A stretch of 64,000 nucleotides of DNA from a virus (lineage: Duplodnaviria; Caudoviricetes), in the IMG/VR virus record IMGVR_UViG_3300035512_000144, positions 9,940 through 73,939 of that record; one strand, 5' to 3'. Shown one piece after another: positions 56,065 through 64,000 of the stretch. Made by a program: the position numbers and the translations under genes. Position 1 is the stretch's first letter. Each line of letters begins with the position of its first letter. Under the pieces are notes generated by a model, which saw nothing but the letters and a program-made list of their open reading frames with translations, was not told the DNA's origin and ran no database searches.

Positions 56065-56617
56065 GATCTGATCTCACCACCTTTAAAATTTTCCGTAAAA
56101 ACAAAAAACACCCCAACAAAAACAACAGCTATAGTTATAGCCATACGTTTCGTTTGAGGTGTATATACCCTTTTCTTAAATCCTTAGTAAGTAAATCGTA
56201 ATTGTAAAATCTTTGTAAATTCGTTGTTTAAAAATCTTTACTTGGAGAATATCACAGAGCACTATATCTTGTCAACCATAAATTTTTAATCTACATGTTG
56301 TAGCCCTATATATATTATATCCGCGTGCGTGTGCGGATATATAGTAAATCATAAACGTAAATTTTTAGAAAGAGTATATCTCTAAAAAAATATTTAAAAT
56401 ATTTACTTACATGGTACACGATAGTGTACATATATTCTTTACATTATTGTTTTGGTTCCGCTGGTGTGTCCGTTACTGTGTCCGTTTGTGTCCCATTCAT
56501 ACATTGGAAATCCAGTAGATACAAGGCTTTGCGCTGTCCCATTTTCGGAACATCTTTGTACCACATTGCGTTTCACGGCGCAGAAAAAGCCGCGCTTGGC
56601 GGCTCTTCTTGGAAATT

Positions 56618-57076
56618 TTAAAACATATATTCAGCAACGATTTCTGCACCATTTAACAACTCGTCCATGGGCAATCCATCTTCCCACGGATTAACATTTA
56701 CAATGTCGATCTCCTCTAAAAAATCGCTCGCTTCGGCAGACGTTGGATTTGTCGGAAAGCTGTCATCTGCTGTATGGTATTTGACGTCACCGTCATTGTT
56801 GTAAACAATTAAATCATAGCCATTTGTGTGTAGATAGAATAGACCTTCCCATCCGGCTAAATACAACGCTGTAAACTCTTCCTGCAACTGCTCCACTGTG
56901 TAAGGACCGTGTGCGTCTTTTTTGTATGTGCTGCCGTATGTGTAGTACAATCCCTCTTCTTCTACCTCATAAACATCGAGCGGACTTGTCGTTTCTGCAA
57001 AACGCTCTGCAAGCCCTGTTAATTTACGCACCTCAAATTCTCCGTTCTCTTTTTCGCTAATTGTAAATGTTCTCAT
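56618..57076 (-). CDS. Acidic hypothetical protein (own promoter)
   Basis: ORF; TTGACA-17-TATAAT upstream; terminator-like hairpin downstream. Confidence 0.65.
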   Translation of the reverse strand: MRTFTISEKENGEFEVRKLTGLAERFAETTSPLDVYEVEEEGLYYTYGSTYKKDAHGPYTVEQLQEEFTALYLAGWEGLFYLHTNGYDLIVYNNDGDVKYHTADDSFPTNPTSAEASDFLEEIDIVNVNPWEDGLPMDELLNGAEIVAEYMF

Positions 57077-57168
57077 ATATTTTCCCTCCTAAATTCCCCG
57101 CCTTGCGGTGCCTTTCTTTATTTGATACACTTATTATATTCTAATATTAGAATAATGTCAATATGTTT

Positions 57169-57396
57169 TTAATAATATTTTATTTTTTCTTGATCTGTCG
57201 GAATCACTTCCACGATGTCGCCAGGCTGCAATTTGCACATTATACAAATTTTGTTCAGCGTTTCTAGCGTGATACTCTTTCCAGCTTTTATATTTTGCGC
57301 TGTTTGTGCTGGAAGTAATTTCTCCCTTTGTATGCGTGTCTGATTATATCCATGCTTTTTTAATTCCTCAAATACATCTATTTTATATCGGATCAT
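57169..57396 (-). CDS. Cro/C1-type HTH regulator
   Basis: ITLETLNKICIMCKLQPGDIVE. Confidence 0.85.
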   Translation of the reverse strand: MIRYKIDVFEELKKHGYNQTRIQREKLLPAQTAQNIKAGKSITLETLNKICIMCKLQPGDIVEVIPTDQEKIKYY

Positions 57397-57567
57397 TTCT
57401 GGACTCCTTTCCTTCTATATTTAGATACAATTTTACTATTTATATTCTAAAAAGTCAATCGAAAAAATATTCTAATTTTAGAAAATAATTGCTTGACATT
57501 ATTCTAATTTTAGATTATTATAATATCAACAAATAAATAAACCACTTAACCACACGGAGGTAGAAAG

Positions 57568-57738
57568 ATGAGATTTAAAATTGAAAAGATAGCTAATATG
57601 ATATTTATCACAAGCGAATGCGGTATCATATTTAAGGCGTGGAATGAAGAAGATTTTACGGAACGCAAATTAAAAAATGCGATGAAAAAAATTAGCGGTG
57701 GATACAATGAATTAGTATCATTTTCAAGGACATTTTAG
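57568..57738 (+). CDS. Small protein (not in ORF track)
   Basis: MRFKIEKIANM..., GGAGG RBS. Confidence 0.6.
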   Translation: MRFKIEKIANMIFITSECGIIFKAWNEEDFTERKLKNAMKKISGGYNELVSFSRTF

Positions 57739-57777
57739 GAAAAACGAATATAGATTTTAAAAAAGGAGGTAGAGCAA

Positions 57778-57903
57778 ATGAGAACATACGTATTATTGGA
57801 GATTGCAACTGGAAAAATTTTAGAAATTAAATCCGACAGATTGACCGCCGGACAAATGAAAGAAATTTCCAGAGATGGATTTAAAATCATGGCGATTAAA
57901 TAA
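57778..57903 (+). CDS. 41-aa protein (not in ORF track)
   Basis: MRTYVLLEIATGKILEIK..., GGAGG RBS. Confidence 0.55.
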   Translation: MRTYVLLEIATGKILEIKSDRLTAGQMKEISRDGFKIMAIK

Positions 57904-57904
57904 A

Positions 57905-57970
57905 TAGCCGAAACGGTCATTCGTGACCGTCAGCCGAGGGATAGCCGCCCGGCTCTGATGATGGCAGGCT
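57905..57970 (+). ncRNA. Type II hammerhead ribozyme
   Basis: GCC-GAAAC-GGTCA ttcg TGACC-GTC / AGCCG..CGGCT-CTGATGA-TGGC: all core motifs and three stems present. Confidence 0.8.
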
Positions 57971-57989
57971 GAAAATGGAGGTAAAAAGA

Positions 57990-58190
57990 ATGTATAAAAC
58001 TTTTGAAGATGCAAAGAATGCCGCTCTTGACGTTATTGCTAAAAATTACGGCGGCAGAAAAATGGGTTGCGTAGTCACGGAACATTTACCAGTAAATGGT
58101 GAACGGTCTTTTAATTTTCATTTTTACGATGTATCTCATGGATATATCAAAAATTTAGATGGTTCGATTGACAGGCAAACTCTCATTTAA
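57990..58190 (+). CDS. Small hypothetical protein
   Basis: GGAGG RBS just downstream of the ribozyme. Confidence 0.6.
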   Translation: MYKTFEDAKNAALDVIAKNYGGRKMGCVVTEHLPVNGERSFNFHFYDVSHGYIKNLDGSIDRQTLI

Positions 58191-58857
58191 TTACTTTTCA
58201 CCCTCTGCCCGCGTTCCGGCGGTATGACTCGAAATCAGCGGAGGGATTTTAGCAATATCTCATGCCGTGCGCCGCTCCGGCGGCTGTATAATTTCGCATT
58301 TATTTTATATTTTTTTCGCGCGATCATGGGAGAAAATACCGCTTGCGGTTTATTGCTACGCTAATGGCAACGGCGCGCCGTTTGCCCTTCTACCGACTGG
58401 AAGTAGTACAGCCGGACAGGCTCAAGATCGGGATGCCTTTATAATTGCCCGGCATAGTGGGAGCTTGTGCATCTCCCGCAAAAACAGATTGCACACCGTC
58501 ACGCGGAGGAGCCGCGAAAAAATTAAAGTAAGGGCGGATTATATCAATGAAAAAGGAAGAATTGGCACACGTAAAAAATAGCATGACAAAAATTTACAGG
58601 CATACAAAAAGCAAGTCATGGACTATGATACATGGATATGATATGATTGCACAAATAAGCCCAAATACAAGCATTCATGTAGCGCAAAAAATAATTGAAA
58701 AATTCATCCGGGAAATGGATGAATAAATGGCAGTTATACGCCCTTTTGCACCTTGACAATTAAAAATCGCGTGCTATGCTTATGGTGTACGCGCTATCAA
58801 AGCGCCGATATGGTCCGGTCAGGCAGCCGGGGATGGTTCCCGCCGAGGGTGTCAGAA

Positions 58858-59068
58858 ATTTTTTTCGCGCCACATTTTTACCCCTAAAAATTTTTCGTGC
58901 ATTTTTTCCGGGAATTTTCAAAAATCGAAAAAATTTTAGTACGCGAAAATTCCTAGTACGCGATTTTTTTCACGGCACATTTTAGGGGCGACATCTTTTT
59001 GGTGCATTTTTTCTGAAAATTTTGAAATTTTGAAAAATAATTTAGTACGCGACTTTTTTAGTACGCGG
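58858..59068. repeat. Imperfect ~106-bp tandem duplication with four TAGTACGCG boxes and A/T tracts
   Basis: TAGTACGCG at 58937, 58954, 59043, 59059. Confidence 0.7.
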
Positions 59069-59092
59069 GTTTCTGCAAGAAAGGATAACAAA

Positions 59093-59407
59093 ATGTTTAT
59101 ATACAGACCACACAGAGGCGGATTACAAGAATCCATAGCTGAATCTAAAGAATTTGAGACAGAAGAAGAAATGAAAGACTTTATTTTCAATTATCACAAA
59201 GAATACTTTTTTTCTCTTGGATATAAACAGCCTCCGTTTGATATTGATGATATTGTAATTAACAAGGAACGTAAGGCAAATGATGAAAGATGCGGATGGC
59301 ATGACACAATGTATGTATGTGTAAAAAGATACGGAAATAAAAATTATATTGAAAAATACGGCTGTCCTCAGTGTATCGGAATGTGCGCTACAGATTATGA
59401 GCGTTAG
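59093..59407 (+). CDS. Phage hypothetical protein
   Basis: YRPHRGGL.ES.., D.RCGW. Confidence 0.65.
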   Translation: MFIYRPHRGGLQESIAESKEFETEEEMKDFIFNYHKEYFFSLGYKQPPFDIDDIVINKERKANDERCGWHDTMYVCVKRYGNKNYIEKYGCPQCIGMCATDYER

Positions 59408-59494
59408 AAAACACAATTTCTAAAAATCTCTCACACTCTTCTAGCATTTCAAGCGCAAGTTCTTCCTGCTCTTCTTTTATGGACTTGTCTTTAT

Positions 59495-59815
59495 TCATGC
59501 CGTCATTCTCCTTAATCTGTAAAACATATCGTCCGCAATCCCTATGATTTCTCTTCCGAACCGCGACAGGATATCGCATACAATTTCCTCCTGCTCCACG
59601 GACAGATTTACTCCGTATGCAAACATGGCACTGTGACAAATCTCATGTATTAAGCATTTTCGGAATTGTTCTTCTGACAGATTATCCGCGATATAGATTG
59701 TCTGACCGGAATTGCAACATACTCCTATCGTCCTGCTCCCGTTACTACGCCTTAATATGTCGCTGTTGCTGTCCACAAGCCTTATTTTGAATTGTTTTCC
59801 ATTTATCCGATACAT
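59495..59815 (-). CDS. HExxH metallopeptidase-like protein
   Basis: CLIHEICHS, QEEIVCD. Confidence 0.7.
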   Translation of the reverse strand: MYRINGKQFKIRLVDSNSDILRRSNGSRTIGVCCNSGQTIYIADNLSEEQFRKCLIHEICHSAMFAYGVNLSVEQEEIVCDILSRFGREIIGIADDMFYRLRRMTA

Positions 59816-59910
59816 TTACCATCACGCCCCTAAATGCCTTAAATGACAAAATAAAAACTACTAACCGATTATTGGCTAGTAGCTTTGTGATTTTGTAATT
59901 ATGCTTTTCC

Positions 59911-60222
59911 TCATACATTTGGCACAACTGCATAAATTTCCGCTTGTTCATCCCATTTATATGCGTTGTAAATCGTGCTTTCGATTCCCTGTTTTTTTAA
60001 TTCACGTTGATACAACACCGCTGAATGAAAATCATAAAATTCTTTTCTCATATTTTCTACCTTATCTTTTCTAACTTTAAATTCAAGCATTTCCAAAACA
60101 TATTCCGGACATTCCCTGTCTCCACGCTCCCAGTGCCTTAATGTTGGAGGTGGTATATGATATTTCTCACAAAATTTTGATTGTGATAGTCCAGTTAGCT
60201 TTCTGATTTTTTTAATTGTCAT
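59911..60222 (-). CDS. HTH regulator
   Basis: IRKLTGLSQSKFCEKYHIPPPTLRHWERGDRECP. Confidence 0.8.
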   Translation of the reverse strand: MTIKKIRKLTGLSQSKFCEKYHIPPPTLRHWERGDRECPEYVLEMLEFKVRKDKVENMRKEFYDFHSAVLYQRELKKQGIESTIYNAYKWDEQAEIYAVVPNV

Positions 60223-60244
60223 AAAACCTCTTCTATAATTGTCG

Positions 60245-60637
60245 TCACTCAATTCTTATATCCGTGACATTTCCGTGCAATTCACTATATAACTGTTCCG
60301 CAATGTCATATAAATCATCAAAAGAATAGTCGAACAACTCACAGTGAAATCCATCTTCTGAATCATAGATATAATAAGTGTTATCTAAATCAGTATCAAT
60401 AGTAATAACAATACTATCGAATCCTCTATTTTTCGCATCCTGATAACTAGACTCAATCTCCTCTATAAAATCATCCAATTCCATTTGTTCATCGAGAAAT
60501 TCGTACCCAGACGACATATTATTATAAGCATAATCATCTGCAAACTTCTCTAAATCTTCTTCTGTTTTAACCCAATCAGGAACATTTACAATAGAGTCGT
60601 TACAAAGTTCCACCCAAATTTTTATTTTTTTTACCAT
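60245..60637 (-). CDS. Acidic hypothetical protein
   Basis: ORF downstream of a consensus promoter. Confidence 0.6.
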   Translation of the reverse strand: MVKKIKIWVELCNDSIVNVPDWVKTEEDLEKFADDYAYNNMSSGYEFLDEQMELDDFIEEIESSYQDAKNRGFDSIVITIDTDLDNTYYIYDSEDGFHCELFDYSFDDLYDIAEQLYSELHGNVTDIRIE

Positions 60638-60920
60638 ATGAGACTCCTTTATTTAAACAGTTTATCTATAAAAACATTATAATCCATTGGATTATAATGT
60701 GTCAAGAGGAACCTTAAAAACTTCTAGCCAATATTCAGTTATCAATGTCCAAATATTCCAAATCAGAATAAATATATTCCGCATAGAATAAAATACAGTA
60801 TTCCCATATCAATGATTTTGTGTTAAACTACATTTGTTCGTGTGAGAGCAAGCAAGCATAAATTACTGTTTAGTAGTTGTCTTAGAGGGTGGCAGTTTGA
60901 AACTGTACACCCTCTTTGAT

Positions 60921-61400
60921 TTACGCCATCTTTTGATTCAGAGAACTAATCCGCGCCCGCATAACGGTTTTTTCCGCGTTGTCAAGTGTTCCCCATAACT
61001 CCGTGAGTTCTGTCATAAGTTCCTTTGTGAAATGGTCAAAATTCTCCTGCGTCTTTTCCTCATGGTACTTCTGACGCGCTTTCTCGGTTTTGCTCATTTC
61101 ACGCTCATGCTCCATAGGCTCTGTGTAGTATCTTACATCTTTGCTTTTGACATCCATGTCACGGTAATACTCCGCAGAATGCTCCTTGAACATCTCCGGT
61201 GTCATGCGGTACTCGCCGCCCTCTTTCATTTCCTTGATGATTTTGTAGTAATACTCGCACTTGATAGCTTTTTCCGCTACTGTCATACAGTCCTTGAAAT
61301 CGTCCCAGTCCTGCGATGTAAGGCAGTCATATCCCTTTTCGCAGGCTTTATCCATTGCCCATTTTGCCAATTCCATTGATTTCTTGTGCATTTTCTTCAC
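60921..61400 (-). CDS. Conserved cluster protein (helical, charged)
   Basis: ORF with RBS. Confidence 0.65.
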   Translation of the reverse strand: MKKMHKKSMELAKWAMDKACEKGYDCLTSQDWDDFKDCMTVAEKAIKCEYYYKIIKEMKEGGEYRMTPEMFKEHSAEYYRDMDVKSKDVRYYTEPMEHEREMSKTEKARQKYHEEKTQENFDHFTKELMTELTELWGTLDNAEKTVMRARISSLNQKMA

Positions 61401-61403
61401 CTC

Positions 61404-61814
61404 CTAAACTGTTGTAATCGCAGCAGACGTTGTTGCCGGCGCTGTTCCGTTGATTGCACGTAAATTGTTGTTTTGGCAATTACATACATTGCCTAAAAGT
61501 TTAAACGTACCGCCAGTTGGCGTAGTCTCAACCCTTGTTGCGTATCTTGTACGGCTTTTTACGTTGCAAGCTACTGCCTGTGTGCAGTCGCATTTGTTCA
61601 GCGGGTAAAGTGCTGTTCCTGTTCCAACTGTAACATAAACTAATGCATTGATAGTTGCGGTAGAAGGTATACTCTGCGCAATAACAATGCACACTTTTTC
61701 TTCGTCCTCATAACTTCCTGCCGGAATATTGATTATGAGATTACCGCCAGTAAAAGTTACAGACTGTGAAATAATCAAATTCGGACAAAGTTTACAAATA
61801 TTCTTACAAGCCAT
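61404..61814 (-). CDS. Conserved cluster protein (Cys-rich beta)
   Basis: MACKNICKLC..., RTRYATRV. Confidence 0.7.
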   Translation of the reverse strand: MACKNICKLCPNLIISQSVTFTGGNLIINIPAGSYEDEEKVCIVIAQSIPSTATINALVYVTVGTGTALYPLNKCDCTQAVACNVKSRTRYATRVETTPTGGTFKLLGNVCNCQNNNLRAINGTAPATTSAAITTV

Positions 61815-61893
61815 AATTTTTTTACTCCTTTTCTGTTTTATATTTATCTCTTTTTCGCAAAAAAGGGATAGGCTTTACACCTACCCCAATTTA

Positions 61894-62112
61894 TCAGCCG
61901 ATAGGCGAATTAGATTTTTCTAAAATTTTCAGTATTTTGTTTTGGTTTTCCAGTATCTTTTCAAGATATGCCTTATCTTGCCTCCGCAATTCCATCATAA
62001 TGTCGTCATTATTGCTTTGCTGCTGATTCTCTTGAAAATTTATCACCTGCATGGCAAAACTTACCATTGCAAGAATGTCAAGGAAATCCAAATTGTTACT
62101 GTTGTTGCTCAT
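61894..62112 (-). CDS. Conserved cluster small protein
   Basis: LDFLDILAMVSFAMQ...YLEKILENQ. Confidence 0.55.
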   Translation of the reverse strand: MSNNSNNLDFLDILAMVSFAMQVINFQENQQQSNNDDIMMELRRQDKAYLEKILENQNKILKILEKSNSPIG

Positions 62113-62723
62113 TACGCACAACCGCAACTGCCGCTGTTGAAATACGGGTTATAGCCTGCGGTATATGTCGTTGCGCTCGGATAGCGGATTACACCGCAAA
62201 GCGCACTCTGTAACTGCAACTGGTTAATCTGATTCTGCATATCTGCCATGCGATTGCCTGTGATCGCGTCCAGAATCTTCTGTGTGTTGCAATTCTGAGA
62301 CTGGATAATCTCGCAAGTTTCCTGTGCAGAATTAAATCTGCTCTGCATAATCTCTTTCTGAGTCTCGCAGCAGCACTGCTGTGCCTGTGCAGCAGCCGCA
62401 TTGGTAGCAGCTACGCCATTAGCAAAGCCTGTACATAAATCTCTCTGCAAAGCGTTCATCTGACCTAACTGGTCATAACCAAGACTGGAAATGCCGTCAC
62501 CGAGTCTGTCCAGCTTGCCAATTACAGTCTGATTGTTAAATCCAGCCTGCATCTCCTGCTGTGTCAGCGCGTTTCCGTTGGCATTGTTGCCAAATCCACC
62601 GCCGCCAAAAGCAAAGAAGAGAACGAAAATTATGATCCACCATGCGCCCATGTTTCCCATACCGTCATTGTCCCTTGTTACGGCAGCTACGTCTGAGAGT
62701 GAAAAATTTTCTCCACCAAACAT
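62112..62723 (-). CDS. Conserved cluster protein with TM helix and QQCCCE motif
   Basis: WWIIIFVLFFAFGGGGFG, AQQCCCETQ, GCGCA. Confidence 0.75.
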   Translation of the reverse strand: MFGGENFSLSDVAAVTRDNDGMGNMGAWWIIIFVLFFAFGGGGFGNNANGNALTQQEMQAGFNNQTVIGKLDRLGDGISSLGYDQLGQMNALQRDLCTGFANGVAATNAAAAQAQQCCCETQKEIMQSRFNSAQETCEIIQSQNCNTQKILDAITGNRMADMQNQINQLQLQSALCGVIRYPSATTYTAGYNPYFNSGSCGCA

Positions 62724-62779
62724 AAGTTTTTACCTCGTTTCTTTAAAATTTTTATATACCCACTTGCAAGTTTAAGTAT

Positions 62780-62986
62780 CTATTTCATGCCAAATTGCGA
62801 CTTGAATTTTAAAAACTCCGCGTCAAAATCCACTCCACGGCTTTGCGCTATGTTGCGTCCAAATTGTTCTACACCGCTTATGTCTCCCCGGTTTATCATG
62901 TCAAGTACATTGTTTGCCTGCGGAGAGTTTGACTGTTTCAGTCTATTCATCATCTGTTGGTACATCATTTGCATTGGATTTGCCAT
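62780..62986 (-). CDS. Conserved cluster Met/Gln-rich small protein
   Basis: MANPMQMMYQQMM. Confidence 0.65.
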   Translation of the reverse strand: MANPMQMMYQQMMNRLKQSNSPQANNVLDMINRGDISGVEQFGRNIAQSRGVDFDAEFLKFKSQFGMK

Positions 62987-63458
62987 TTTTAACCGCCTTT
63001 CTTCCGTTGAAGGATTTTTCTATTGTTTCCAGTTTGTTCATTACCTCGTCAAACCTAGCTGTAAATGCGTCTGATAGGTCGGATTTCAACTTTTCTTCAC
63101 TTGTCGATAAAATATCAGTGTTTTCGTTTTTCTCGTCTAAAATTTCCTTATACGATTTCACTTTAATCAGACCATCGTTTCCCCAAAATCTTTTCTGTAT
63201 TTCCAAACCGTCTGATTTTATAAAAATTGCTCCAACATTATCCATCGGTACATCATTAGCAGTAATGTTTTCAAAGCTATCAACAATACGCCCTGCTAAA
63301 GACATTTGCATTACAGACTGACTTCCAGACATTGGTGTCTGGGACATACCGAATTGCGGGTACTGCTGTTCCATCTGCGCAAGCCTTTGTTGCGCATTCA
63401 TCATAGGGTTATACTGATTCTGATACATTGCCTGTTGCGGATAATAAGGATTGTACAT
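62943..63458 (-). CDS. Conserved cluster protein, Gln/Pro/Tyr-rich N-terminus
   Basis: MYNPYYPQQAMY. Confidence 0.7.
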   Translation of the reverse strand: MYNPYYPQQAMYQNQYNPMMNAQQRLAQMEQQYPQFGMSQTPMSGSQSVMQMSLAGRIVDSFENITANDVPMDNVGAIFIKSDGLEIQKRFWGNDGLIKVKSYKEILDEKNENTDILSTSEEKLKSDLSDAFTARFDEVMNKLETIEKSFNGRKAVKNGKSNANDVPTDDE

Positions 63459-63620
63459 TTGCGTTTCTGTCCTCCTTTACGATTTGACCTAACACATCAT
63501 CAAAAACGTGTACGGCTGTTGCCTGCGTTCCGACTGGTATCTTGTGAATATCTGGATGCAGGAATATTTTTTCCAAAACATCATCATTCAACATTTCAAT
63601 CACTTCCTTGTGCTTAAATC
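63409..63620 (-). CDS. Small hypothetical protein
   Basis: ORF heading the cluster. Confidence 0.5.
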
Positions 63621-63636
63621 TTCGCACAAAAAAAGA

Positions 63637-63977
63637 ACGTGAAAATATCACGTTCTTATCACATTCATATCAATAGGCTTTTTCGTTTCTTTTGTTTTGT
63701 TTTTAAGTTCCTTTTACTACACGATTACTACACACTTACTACACGATTTTCGCATTAAATTATAAAATCATACGTGAAACTATGTGAATAGTAAAATCGC
63801 TGAATACCTTGTAAATACGGGCTTTTGTGGCATTTCGTGACAGTATGTGAAATTGCATAAAATAATTCAAAATGTAATACCCGTTATTTTATTATATGCT
63901 TTACAAACTCAAAATTTCCCATATTTACGGCATTTTTGACATTATGCATATTTTTTTACTACACACTTACTACACGA
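63637..63977. repeat. att-arm-like direct repeats
   Basis: TACTACAC x5 at 11-bp spacing in two groups; 22-bp duplicate at 63725 and 63956; YGTGA repeats between. Confidence 0.6.
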
Positions 63978-64000
63978 ATTTCGGCAAATTATACAACTTT

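Larger units (their letters stand above)
1..64000 (-). mobile_element. Temperate siphovirus-like phage/prophage (partial)
   Basis: Complete head-tail-lysis modules, immunity region and recombination genes; no host housekeeping genes. Confidence 0.92.

Noticed and set aside
385-63617. Most plus-strand ORFs in the track antisense to long minus-strand genes
   Set aside because: Shadow ORFs without RBS or protein motifs

Overview
The window covers about 64 kb of a temperate siphovirus-like (pro)phage of a low-GC gut Firmicute (Lachnospiraceae-like by gene content, which is inference). Almost everything is on the minus strand. Left to right: recombination/DNA metabolism genes (MTase, MBL hydrolase, RecT, SMC-like ATPase, FtsK-like, MazG, SSB), an immunity region (Cro/CI, antirepressor), lysis, a diversity-generating retroelement (DGR) acting on a tail-fibre-like gene, tail, head, terminase, RtcB/tRNA morons, a small plus-strand operon containing a hammerhead ribozyme, a conserved Cys/Gln-rich gene cluster and att-arm-like repeats. 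The standout locus is 10.7-12.9 kb. A 459-aa TnpB/Cas12-like protein with apparently inactivated RuvC motifs sits between two mini-arrays of divergent 36-bp repeats with 25-31-bp spacers. Each array is preceded by its own copy of a conserved ~140-nt structured scaffold. This is a candidate phage-encoded, multi-guide, nuclease-dead RNA-guided regulator. Also notable: the DGR has no visible Avd, its RT has YMDN instead of YxDD, and its VR changes are almost all A-to-G. Product names rest on motif recognition only; no database searches were run.
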